Assembly (NCBI GenBank): GCA_051362555.1
Contig: CM120646.1
Location: 3,844,001 to 3,908,000, forward strand
Source: Lingula anatina
Lineage: Eukaryota > Animalia > Brachiopoda
Direction: 5' to 3'
Length of the DNA: 64,000 nt
This document shows, piece by piece, positions 39,316-51,331 of this stretch. Below the pieces are notes generated by a model that saw nothing but the letters and a program-made list of their open reading frames with translations, did no database searches and was not told where the DNA came from. Positions within the stretch are counted from its first letter, which is position 1. Each line of letters opens with the position of its first letter. The translations under genes were made by a program, and so were the position numbers.

Positions 39316-39539
39316 GGGTGCATTCCCAGAGATTAAGATCGATCCAGAGATTTAGATTTAGATCGACCTAACTCCCTGGGGGTTCACGCTAAATTGCAGT
39401 CAGCCGAGCGCGCACCATAGTTAATTACCCCTTACAGCTTTAAGTAGGCTTGACAGACGCTTAAGCCGACTAAGCTGACAGTAATCTAGTGAGACTCCCC
39501 ACAGGGATAGATCGATCTAAAATATATGGGAATGGGGTC
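39316..39539. mobile_element. Degenerate Harbinger-like MITE
   Basis: Imperfect TIRs GGGTGCATTCCCAGAGATTAAGATCGATC and GATCGATCTAAAATATATGGGAATGGGGTC, with TAA on both flanks. Confidence 0.55.
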
Positions 39540-40599
39540 TAAGACGGGCACGCAAGGAGGGGGGGGGGGGGGGAGGGGGCGTTACCAAGTGCAGTATCCG
39601 AGCTTGGGGATGTTTTAGTTTTTTATTGTACCGGTAGGAGATATTCAAGTTGAAACAAGACGAAGGAACTTAAATGGATAAAAATGCTTTTGATGCACTT
39701 AGATATATACAAGCCAAACAGGTGAAAACTATAAAGGAAAAAATTCAAAATAAATACACGAAGAAATAAAAGCAAACTGAATAAAACAACTATTTCAATA
39801 AGAATAATTGAGATAAAATATACAGCAACATATGCAAATTAAGGGCACATAATGTATCGTTTTTATACATGTATCTTAATTCTGGGCATTTATTGTAATC
39901 TCCGATTTTTGATATATTTTAAAACATTTACGTTTGAAAAGCTCTTTTTTTTCAAGCGAAGGGCCATGGGAGATCCAGCCCTATACCTCTAAAACCATTA
40001 ATCCAATTTCTGAATTAATTCGGTTTTCACTATGTTTCATAGAGACGTTTCATGCAATTAAAAAAGGCTTAAATCTGTTAACCCCAATCTTTGCCACGGC
40101 AAATCTGAACCGATTATTACCGGCTTACCTAAATCTAACACTAGCAAGGCAAAAGAGTATTTCAATTATATAATTAGAAGCCGTCACCCCCATGGTTCGC
40201 GTCATAATACCTAAATCGTGTATTAGCTACATTCAAAACCAGTTACAGATAGATAACTCACAATAAAAAGACACTGTATTGACGCTTTTTACGGCAAAAT
40301 TTTACTTTGTCTAATATAAGTTCTATAGACTACGCCTTCCCTCTCTACCAGAAAATAAAAATTATCGAGCACGAGTCTACACAGTATCTATGCAAACGGT
40401 GAAATTTCACTGACCACAGAAAATTATAAACACCGTTAACTAATACTGAGTAGTTTAGACACTGTCTCTGCTAACAGAATCTTGTGGTTAACATAAGAAC
40501 ATCAATATAAATATAATATCATGAATATATATTTGCCGCTGCATCTTACCGTTATTTCTTGGAAACCATTTAAGTTCGTGGTTTAACGTGAGGCTTGGT

Positions 40600-40620
40600 C
40601 ATTGGCTGTGGTTATAAAAG
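40600..40620 (+). promoter_or_regulatory. Candidate core promoter of the GPCR (inverted CCAAT and TATA box)
   Basis: ATTGG at 40601 and TATAAAAG at about 40613, roughly 120 bp upstream of ATG 40738. Confidence 0.35.
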
Positions 40621-40737
40621 AGAAAACTCCCACTCGTTTGTACTGTCCAAACCTTAACGGCGCGTGACACGAGCTTGGAAAGAAATAAATACCGTATTTC
40701 TACCGCTATTTCTCGGCAATCGTTTAAGCACATCAAT

Positions 40738-42129
40738 ATGGCCACAGAATCCTGGGAAGAGTTTGGCTGGAATGTTTCAGAAGAGTTGAAGCCAACTGCT
40801 AATGAAACAGAAGTTGACTACTTTTCCTGTGTAAGTCTTCATTGCTTACCTTTTATTGTACTTGATGCAATTTTGGCCGTTGCTGTAACGGGGGCGAATG
40901 GTCTTGTTATTCTTGCCTTTGCAAACTATAAAGAACTACGCGACAAGACAAATTTTGCAATCGCAAGCCTTGCCCTAGTCGGTTTTGTTACTGGAATTAT
41001 TTGTATACCGTTCAACATAGTTGCAACGCTTGTGATGAAGGAGCGATCTAACATCTCTGACAGATACTTGTGTCTTCTAAAAATATATACAAACTCCATA
41101 GTTGTGAGTATTTCTGTGAATCACAAGCTCTTCATCGCATTTGAAAGATATGTGAAAATCTGTCGATATGCGCGCTATGTGACAATGGTAACAACTAAAA
41201 AGATTATTGCTGCAATTGCTCTCTGCTGGCTTCACCCAATGTGTCTTTTTCTCGCACCATTAATGGGTTGGAATACATGGAGCCCGACTTTGGAATGCTC
41301 AGCCCGTTATGTCCAACAAGAATTCGTGAATAGAGTGATTGTTCCGCATTACCCCGTTTACTGCATATTAGCTTTCGGGTTTTATGCCGCAATTATTCTA
41401 CACGTTAGGCGACAGCGGAGGACAATTCTTGCATATAATACTCACAAGCAAGAGTGCAATGACATAGAACAGATGAAAAAACGGATTAACACACAAGATG
41501 ACACGAATAAGACAGAATCACAGCCGTCAACAGCCGACGAAGCACAGCCGTCAACGTCGAAGGGATTTGTTTTTTCAAGTAAACCGAATGTTTTATATCT
41601 TAAGAATAAAATAGCCTTAGAAGTATTCGAGGAAGCGCCACCATCGGAGATTAAATATAAAGGGAAAGGAAAAGGACGGGGGAAGTGCTCGAAGCCAGCG
41701 CCTAAAGCCGCTTGGCCTTCGCCAAAGTTCCAACCGCAAAGTTCCCAAGAATTTTGTCAATCAGAACAAGGCCAGAACTCGAAACAAACAAACAAACAAA
41801 CTGACAGACAAACAAACAAAGAAACAAGAAAAAAACAAACGAAAACATACAAACAGCCAAATGAACTCGATTTGAAAGTAACGAAGATGACAGCAATTAT
41901 CTTAATAGCGTTTGTGGCCCTTTACCTACCCTCCGTAATACTTAATCTTAGTAGAAAGCTTCTGGAAAATAACACTTTTACTTCGGACATTCTATTCAAC
42001 ATAAGCATCAAGATTGTAACTGCCAGCTCAGTAATTAATCCAATCGTATATGGGATATTGAATAGGCGATTCAGAGCAGCATTTCTTGCTATTTTTAAAT
42101 GTAGGCGCAGCGTTCAGCTAGATGTATAA
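40738..42129 (+). CDS. Intronless rhodopsin-like (class A) orphan GPCR with a long third intracellular loop
   Basis: A single ORF with seven hydrophobic segments, GAN (N1.50), C3.25, ERY, TM4 W, an ECL2 Cys, NPIVY and helix 8 NRRFRAAFLAIFKC. The first ATG is at 40738; the ORF track starts earlier at a TTG (40675). Confidence 0.93.
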   Translation: MATESWEEFGWNVSEELKPTANETEVDYFSCVSLHCLPFIVLDAILAVAVTGANGLVILAFANYKELRDKTNFAIASLALVGFVTGIICIPFNIVATLVMKERSNISDRYLCLLKIYTNSIVVSISVNHKLFIAFERYVKICRYARYVTMVTTKKIIAAIALCWLHPMCLFLAPLMGWNTWSPTLECSARYVQQEFVNRVIVPHYPVYCILAFGFYAAIILHVRRQRRTILAYNTHKQECNDIEQMKKRINTQDDTNKTESQPSTADEAQPSTSKGFVFSSKPNVLYLKNKIALEVFEEAPPSEIKYKGKGKGRGKCSKPAPKAAWPSPKFQPQSSQEFCQSEQGQNSKQTNKQTDRQTNKETRKKQTKTYKQPNELDLKVTKMTAIILIAFVALYLPSVILNLSRKLLENNTFTSDILFNISIKIVTASSVINPIVYGILNRRFRAAFLAIFKCRRSVQLDV

Positions 42130-45100
42130 CATGGTGTTAATCTGGTAATAAAGCAGTAATTCATAACCTTATTTCAAACGTCCAAGTTAAGCGGAACCTG
42201 GTTTTCAGAATTTTAGAACAGACTTGGTAGAACCTTTACGTCATTCCGTTCTTGATTTCCTAAATTCACAAAATAATGAATAAAAAGTAACCATCGTAGA
42301 AACTTAACAGCATCGTCATTCCCTTCCACTCTACATAACCAGACTGTACGTGTATAGACTGAATATCATATTTTTTATTTGAAGATCTTGTTTGAGTAGC
42401 TTGCTCATATTGATGGCAGATAGGTTGCCACACATGGGTTTTCCTCAGTGAGTTATTTGTCAATTACGAAAAAACAATCCTGTTTTTACTGAGAACTTGG
42501 TACTAATAATTTTATAAGGTATTTGTTTTTTTTTTATGTGTAAGGGAGTCTAGACAAAGCGGTACTGAACACCAAGGTCCGAAAAGTATAGCTTGGGTTT
42601 TTATTTATTTTATTTTATTTTTTGGTCGGGGACAGTGCGTGATCTTTGGCGTAAGGTCGCTGTTACAGATCGTTACATGTTCTTTTTTATTTTAATATTT
42701 ACATTTTTTCAAAAGATGAAGTAATAAACTATTTTGCATAAAATCTAGGGCGTGTTACCTGAATAGTGGGGATCTAGACTGAATGTATATTAACAAAAAG
42801 GGGAACTTTAAAAAAAAAATTAGCCCTAACGTTCGTGTGGCAGCATTAAGAACCATTCCTGGTTGAAAGTGTTGTTTATCTCACTGCCTTAGTGACAACA
42901 TGCTATATTGACATGGGAGATCGTGTCAGTTATCCAAGGCCACCTTCGAACAATACTTTTGGATCGATAACATTGTTAGGGCTGGAAATATGGAGATGAT
43001 TTACACGAGTACTGATCAAGAACACACACCAAAACTCATGTTAAACACGATATCGGGAGAATTTATTACTATTGTTTATTGAATTATGTTATTTCAAACT
43101 CCATGCTAAGTGAATTAAAGATGATATGGGCCATGTGTTATTATTTAGTAAAGCACAGTGTCGGGTTACTTGTTGCTGTAAGAATTAACTTACGGATATT
43201 GTCACCCTTCGCCCCAAACTCCTTATTTGCTGCCCTACATACAATCCTTCGGGCAATAGATAAATCTTCAGTGTACGGGTGACCTTATAATTTCGATTTT
43301 GGAATAAAGACTGAAAAATCTACCGTTTTAAGGCCGATTTAATAACACTCTTTGGTACTCCAATACCCTGCCAGCGATTTTCGTACAAGTCTTAGTTCAG
43401 ATTTTATAGCTGATAGAGCAAAATAATACCTTTGTTTTATGAACATCTGTAATTATGGGCTCATAACTCCATTAAAAAATACTTTAACCAAAATGACGAC
43501 AGGGGATTGTAGCCTATATACTCATGGTTATCTCATGGTTAAAAAATCTTGTTCATGGATGAAGTTACTCCCCATATGCCGATTGCTATCTCACCTCAGA
43601 ATAGAAAGGTATTAAATTGACGATTCAAGATTTGAGTCGTCTATGCATATACATTTTATCGAAAAAATGGGGCAATGGCTGAGAAAACTTGTATGGCCAA
43701 AATCTACGTGACGTGAAAGTTACGTGACATACAAATTGGCAAAAGTTGAAATGTGAGGCGTTACCCCACTCTTCAACACTTGCAACGGATAGGGAAAATA
43801 ACATGCAGCCTAAACATTGCAAAGATGATTTTTTCAGATGTGAATTATTGTGCTGCATGTTAAGTCATATAACGTCATCAATTAAAAAAATCCAATCACT
43901 TTATAAATGATGGTTTAATAAAATGATAGAAAGATGCTTTGTTTCTTGACTCCAATTATAAGGTGGGCGGCAAATCCTGAAAGGCTGTTTAAGGATAAAT
44001 TCAAATTCATTATATATATATACCATATTTACTGAGGAACTGGTATGGAATTGGGGACAGTGAAAACGCCTCGACTGAGAGAAACATGGTGGTACTGGTA
44101 TATACATGTATTTTTGAAATGTATAATTGTTTGTTTTTTTTATAACGTGTCCATTGCAACAAAACTTACATTGGTACTCATCACTTTCCATCTTTACCTA
44201 TACAGCAGTGAAAGCAGTGGCGATCACAAAAGTGTTTGGAGCTCATAAAAAACTAGGAAAATAAACAAAGAAAATAAGAAAAAAATCTTAGAAGTAGCCA
44301 TGGCAACGAACATTCCATGGGTACCCGCCATTTTTCGCCTATGTATATTTGAAATATATTCTATTAAAATAGCAGCTGTAAATTAGTGAGTGAAGACAAT
44401 GTTTCACATGCAAAGTCAGCTTGGCAAATAAGAAAATGTTTGAGCCTTTGAACCCTGGCGACGTACAACACCGAGTTGCTTTCTGGGGACTGACCTCTAG
44501 TTTTGCAGTGGTGCACTAAAAAACAGTTGATCTTAAACATCAGTTATTTTTCATTTTTTGAGACCCTGGCAAAAGGTACCAATGTACATGTAATTGCATG
44601 TGCAGTATTATTGATCAAGCCCTTTAGTCCACTTTAGTAAGTTGTTTTACTACTGTATTATCAGGGGTCAATTTAAGCTAATGTTATTTTACTTAAATTA
44701 AAGGCAACTTTCGACCCCAGTCCTATTGTGAGAGGGGGTCGGTGACATACGAAACCCTCCGACATCATGTATTCTATCAAAATACACGAGAGAAGTAAAT
44801 AAAGTTATTAGACCGTCTTTAGGCTTATTTACTTGAGCTGCAATGACGATTATGTAAGCGAGAGAGGTGAGAGGGTGACTTCGACAATGGATGTGGATTC
44901 GTTTCTACTGCCTTGTGTTAATAACCGAAATAAGAGGCGTGATATTGAAGACTCTAGCACGGAGTCCATGGTCCGGCTGTCTGTGTGAAAATGACATCAG
45001 GACCACCTTGGGACGAAACAGACATGACCTCTATGCCGCCATTGACAAAAAATTGTCAATTATTTTGTTTGTTTTTTGGATTATGGGCTAACCTGAATTT

Positions 45101-46244
45101 CCTGGCTCCCAGGTTTTATAGCGAGATTGCATTCTTCATCTGTCGACTGTAGTGATATCAGAGTTAACTGCTTAGCCTAAGGTCACCTATGAGTGAGAGG
45201 AGTTAAGCTCTGCTGCAGACATACGCACAAACAAGCTGTTTCGATAGAAATCCTTTCAACCATTCTGCCTGCGTCAAAAATTGTCTCCTTGATGACTTTG
45301 TAAGACACACAAGTATTCACACCGCGCCTGAAGAGGATCATTCTTAAAAACGTGCTATATTAGAGGGGCATTAACCACTTTTCATGAAGCAGAAGCACTT
45401 CAGTCCACTGCGGTATTGAACCGATTTCACCCCCGGTCTTTCTATGGTCTATAACATACAGCTATGGCAACTACACAAACCACGGACAACTGAAGATTGC
45501 AGTTTGTATTACAGAGGAATTAGCTGCAATAAGGAATGGAGGTGGAGTGGAGTCATGCTAATAAACTAATGGAGGAAAAGTGTGACACTTGCTGAGCAGG
45601 TATTTTTGTTGTTTTTATACTGGAGAGAGACTGAGGGAGAGAGAGAAAGAGAGAGATTAAAATATGGATGGCGAGAGGAGGAGAGGAAAGGAAGATATGA
45701 AAATAGATGACAGACAGATAAATTAGGCCCAATGAAAGGCAGTGGGAACCAGAATTTCTTCTAGTATCATCTAAATTCTGTTTTATCCGGTTTGAGTTCA
45801 TAGTGAATGCTACTAAACCCAATAACAAACTATGGTGTGTGTCTTTGATATACTGGTAAACCAAGATCACCTCAAATAACGCACGTTAGATGATTTCAAG
45901 TTCCACACCCACACCCATACAACTTACTGCAATTTATTATAATGGCATTTCAGGAAATAAGGTCATTAAGTTATTTACTTTTTTGGAAGTATTCTAAATA
46001 AGGAAAAAATACTTTGCCCCAGTTAGTGGTTGAAACATGAGAAATCAAACAGACATTCTTGACTGGATAGTAGGCCTAAACATTTTAGGATCTTGTTCGT
46101 TTGCTATATTAGATTCGCTACATCATTTACTTAATGCGCCGTACAGGTAGCTCTTATTGTGTTTATTTTTTGGCTTTATTACATATGTTTGTGTACAGAT
46201 TACATGCTCCTTGTAAGGAAATGAGAGAGAGGAAGAGAGAGAGA

Positions 46245-46245
<1 letters not shown>

Positions 46246-46303
<58 letters not shown>
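46246..46303. repeat. (AAT)n microsatellite following a GA tract
   Basis: Visible directly. Other microsatellites include (ATTT)n ~1510-1548, (GA)n ~5826-5856, (TC)n ~18870-18918, (TTA)n ~28213-28251 and ~36178-36220, (TA)n ~52807-52868 and (CA)n ~58050-58088. Confidence 0.95.
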
Positions 46304-46305
<2 letters not shown>

Positions 46306-49300
46306 CTTAAACTTTAATTTAAAGAGAGTTAAGTGTATACACTTAACTTACACATGGCCCTTAAAAGTGAGAGGGAGAGAGAAAAGTGTACTGGGCGAAT
46401 CTTAAGTTGGGTCTCTTTTTTGACATCTTAATCTTTTATTTATATTCATAGTAGGTAATTTTTCTTTTAGGCAGGGGCGTCAGCGTTAAAACAGAGCAGG
46501 TAAAATCCCTCACATCAACCGCCTTTCCCGGAGGGGAAGAACCTTCACTTCACTTCACGAGCCCTGGAGCGCTTGCTTTCCCTTGTTTATTAATCGACTG
46601 ATATTCCCAAAGAATTTAAAATTACACAGCCCTAGAGATTCCCCTATCGGCACGTGGAAGACCAACCGTTAAAGATAGACAAGTCTCTACACTTGCCTAC
46701 AGTCAGTTACGTCCAATATCTATAGGGTACTGGGCAAAAGAAATATGTATATGACGTGCATTGTGCTTCAGGGTTGGAAGACGGTGTATATTTAAGGTGT
46801 TTTCACATTTCCATGGAGACATATTCTCAACGAAACGACTGGAACAATATTTTAGTCGAGTGCAGCTTGCAGCAAGGGGGGACTGTGTAATGTAGACGTT
46901 TTATATAGGCACAGCAGCAGATCACTTCGAGATTTGAATGCTGCTTTGATTGTTGACAAAATAAAACCCCGTGTCTTAAGAACTGTGCTACACTGAAGAA
47001 CACTAATATTTCGTCGGTTGTTATGATGTGCTGTTCGTTAAGGTTTACTGTATTGAACAATGTGTTGGAGAAGACGCTTTTGTTTACGAGCAACTCGTCA
47101 ATGTGTTAGTTGAGAGGAGAGCGTTACCGTTAATGAGGGACACGTCCGTATAAAAATGCAAAAGAAGGAAATTGTCTTGCTCTCCGGCATAATTCTCATG
47201 GTTCTCCTATGGATATGCAACAGTTATTTCATATCTCTCAAAATAAGTTGGAAAATAAGGGAGGATCACGACACTTCTTCTCAGGTGAGAGATATGATAG
47301 TTCTTCAGACCGCGCAGCGCTACATGTATAATAACCCGCTTCGCGTCATGTGGAAGACAAGTACAACGTTTGGTAGGGGAGTCGTTGGGATTCAGGGTCC
47401 ACGAATTCCAAGGACAACAACACCGTCTAATCTTGTTGATTCAAACTGATTTGTCCAATTAGACAGACATGATCCTGAAGGCTCTTCAAGTTCATAGCAT
47501 TTTCGGAGCCAAGAATGTGCTTGGGGGGGGGGGGGGGGCTAAGGACAGTGGTTGCTACGGACAATTTCACTGCAAAATTTTAGGCACTAGGATTGAAAAT
47601 GTGCTTGAATTTTTACTGGTGCGCTTGTTATGCTGATTTTGGGAGGGGTAAGGGGTTATCCCAGATAAGGGTGGTGATGTAGGGTGGGGTGGGGTGGGAC
47701 GAAGGTCTCTCTGTGCACCTGTATACAGTACATGTATATTATGAATAACTTGACATATTTTACTTGGTCACATTGTGTTGATCTTAGTTGGCAACTACAA
47801 TATACAGTATGTAGAATATAAGTCACTATGAAAATATAATCATTGAGTGATAAATGGAATACGACAGTCATTAAACTTTTTTATTTTATTTCCTGTTAGT
47901 TTTGCCCCGAGAACGACTGTGCCTGATTTTTGAAGAGACACAATGAAGTTTAGACTTTTCAATAGCAGTGAGTTAATTTTCCTTCGAATTTCAACGCTGC
48001 CCCCCCCCCCACCCACCCACCCCCGAATCGCCAAGGTATACCACACAGAAGCATTCACAGAATTATTCTCCATAATTTTTTTTAGTTCTGTTTCCAGATA
48101 TCATGTCACTTTCGTGAGCACGCACGAATGACGTATTGTTGCTTGTTTGTTTACGCAGACAGTATGGCTTTTGACACCGCTTATGTCGCCACTATTCTGA
48201 GTTTCTCAAAAAAAAAATCTCCAAAAACAAACGCTGCTTGGACAATTCATGACACAGTTGTCTACTGTGGTACAGAAAAGTGCAAATAATTAGGTTGGCA
48301 CATATCTGTGAATATCATGTGAAAATTCAATCTGAGGCCATAGTAGAGGGTAGATTGTTGATATGCAGTAATAGGGAAATCAGCGTCCAGCTATCTTATC
48401 TTTTATTGCTACCATCCTGTCGGCCAGTGCCTGCTTTACAGCACTGGTAGGTTAACCAAGATATGGGCGTATTTTAGTACACTAGGTGAGATTTTCTCAT
48501 CTAACGCATTGACTGCTACAAAGTGCATCATGGAAAATAAAGGAGGTGGATTATTATAGGGATTTACGTTCCTGAACACTCTCCTCTACGCTATCAGCAC
48601 GTCCTTGGCGGCAATGGAAACGACAGAAGCATGTTGGTAGCAGAGAGGTGCGTCTCCAGTGTCCTCTTAAACTAAGGGAAGAGATTTACCACGTCTTACA
48701 TGCTTTATCTTTAGAGACTGACTTTGAAGTCTCCATTGTTCATCTCACAGTGGGTTTATTTCTCCTCCTCACAGCTGTCCCTGGAACGTGTCCCAGACTG
48801 AAACCATTTTTGGCAACTAGATCAGACAGTTGTGCATCTTACATAAACATGATAAATGTCTGTATATAGATGAAGTCAGATGCGGTCCACACGGTGGTTT
48901 TCTCCATGGGCTGAAACCGACACGATTACGTCGCTTACGTATTCATCGCGCAGGCCTGAGCCAGCAACTGAAAGGGGCAAGTAGCCTAAAGAGTCTTTTT
49001 TTCTGAAAGAGTAGATCTTTCTACAACGAAATCTATGAGCGTTCACAGTGTAAATTAAACGTAAGTTCGAACAGGTCTTTTCTCAGCCAAAGAGGCGTTA
49101 CTTTGAATTTCCAAATTTCTCTCTCTCCCAATCCCACTCGCTTTCTTCCTTTTTTTTTTTCAAATCCTTTGACTAATAAAAAAGTCGGCTGATTTACGTT
49201 CCTCTTCGTTTAGTTCAGAAATCATCTGGATTCACGTTAGGGCAAAGAGTCACCTTGTCAGGACGTGGAGTTTCCTGACAGTATCACACGTGGGTCCAAA

Positions 49301-50423
49301 TTCTCCACAGGTATATGTATGCACCCCCACGAAAGACTTGCGTCTGCAACTGTCTAAGGTAACACATTGTACTTCGTCACACTTTGGATCTTATATTATA
49401 TTCTAGAGACAATGGGTGCACATGATCTAAAGCAAAGTTAAGATAGTTGCACATTCGAGAAGGGGGGTATATTAAATCTATGGTTTGGTTTGTATTTTGC
49501 AGCTCTGTCCATATTACAACTAGTATTTCAACCTGCTTTCTTTGAGAACTAATTTGCACGGTGCACAGGTGTAATAGCTACAGTGCCTTGGGGCGGTTGT
49601 ACATGTCGGCGAAAAAGCGAATCATATTCATGGTTTTTACTACGGGGAGACATGAAGTGACGGCAACGCTTTAGCTCTTGTAGCTAGCCGTGTAGATAAT
49701 ATGCATTTTTACCTATAGATATCAACTCGAGACCATGAAGCTAAAACTATTTTGGTGCCTCTTTGTTTCCCATATACAAAAGTTGAATTATACATGTATG
49801 TGATAATTGAAAACAGAATAAGTCTGTCAGGCACTTTTAGGTCTTAACATTTTCAGAATACATGTTTTAACCTTTAAAAAAAGTAAACGAGAAGTCACAA
49901 CAAGATGTTTCAATTGAAATGCATTGGTTACATCAAGGAAAAATATAACAGTTCTTCCGGATGTTTTCTTGGCAGTTATTTTCGCTGCAGATACAGTCCA
50001 CCCCTTGTCTTCAACCCTGTGGGCGACAGAAAAAGTTACGATAAATAATAATAACAATAATTTATTCAAAATTACAACCAAAAGGTTGGAGTTATACATT
50101 TATCGTGTAAATACAATAGAATATAATGCTAACGTTTGGCAGGGTAAACTGACTTTTAGCGTCCTGAGTGCAATTAATTCGATTTCAAAGAATAGTACTT
50201 TACCATTTTAATATTTATTATAACAATATACAGTGTTAATAAGGTCATGGTGGGTAAAATATGCTGAGGGTTGTCATATCCGATCAGCCACGATGTTTTG
50301 AGTTGCGTTATGGTCAATAAATGGTCAACAATCTTAAAAGACAGCCTGAAGAGCAACTGGTGCAAAACAGATATGTTTTACAATTTTTCAGTTGATTATA
50401 GTTAATGATGAAATTCCAGTTTT

Positions 50424-50576
50424 CTTTAGACTAGTTTACGGTCGTATTGTCTTGACCTGATTAACAAAATGGAATGGCGTCTCAGTGCTCCCCGAACACC
50501 TCTACAACTTAACCGATCTCCGATCCAACGTGCTATAGAGGCACCCGTCTACCAAACCGATAAACCTAGTATAAAG
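50424..50576. mobile_element. Possible small degenerate MITE
   Basis: Imperfect inverted ends CTTTAGACTAGTTTACGGT and ACCGATAAACCTAGTATAAAG; no clear TSD. Confidence 0.35.
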
Positions 50577-51331
50577 TTAGTCTAAGTACATGTATGCTGC
50601 TAAGAATATTAGTGAGACTGCTCGTTAAGTTCACATACATGTAGGATTCAAAAACCCTCTCACCACATTTCTTCAACTATGCTTTTTAACCCCTGCCCAG
50701 GATTTGTTTTAAAAGTCCTACACGACAGAAACTCAAAAAATATATTTGATACAACATAATCTGTCAATCATCATACTGATAATTTAGAGACACCAATTAA
50801 TGCACGACTAGTCACTCATATTGTGTCTAAATTGTGCTTACATTTCTATCTGAATATGCCATTATATTCCAACAGTACAATAATTGATAAAGTAAAATCT
50901 TGAGCAGGAGTTGTAATTCGTTGCTCCAAATGGAGTCGGTATGACAATAACACAGACAAAGTTTCCATATAAATACGAGCCCTTAAGTTCCATGGCCTGC
51001 TACAGTTAGGACATAAATACGGTTGTTAAAACTTATATTGCGATTATAAATGTCGTCAGTGTCTGGAAATTCCCCTTTCGTCGAAATGCAATGATGACTG
51101 TGTTAAACAAATGCCAGATGTGCTGGAAGCGCGTATTTGCACGTCTTTGGGAAGACATACTTGCTGACGCGCATGACGTAATACAAGTACATGTGAATGC
51201 TAAAACAGAAAAGAATAATATAATGTATTTAATGTAAATGTCTATGTGTCCTTTTTTACTCGATGCGACGGATCACCTTAACTTTTCAATTTATCTAGCT
51301 CCAAAGTTTAATTTGCGCGCATTTCATTTTA

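Noticed and set aside
40128-40193. Minus-strand ATG exon as the protease's first coding exon
   Set aside because: Its phase is incompatible, and a better signal-peptide exon exists at 38541-38478. At most it is a 5' UTR exon.
40738-42129. GPCR as an opsin or a biogenic amine receptor
   Set aside because: The TM7 Lys falls at 7.40, not the retinal-binding 7.43 (Thr here), and position 3.32 is Asn rather than the amine-binding Asp.
42200-51200. Numerous short ORFs in the intergenic region between the GPCR and UNC-93
   Set aside because: No recognisable domains or consistent exon chains, apart from the weak 47156 candidate listed under findings.
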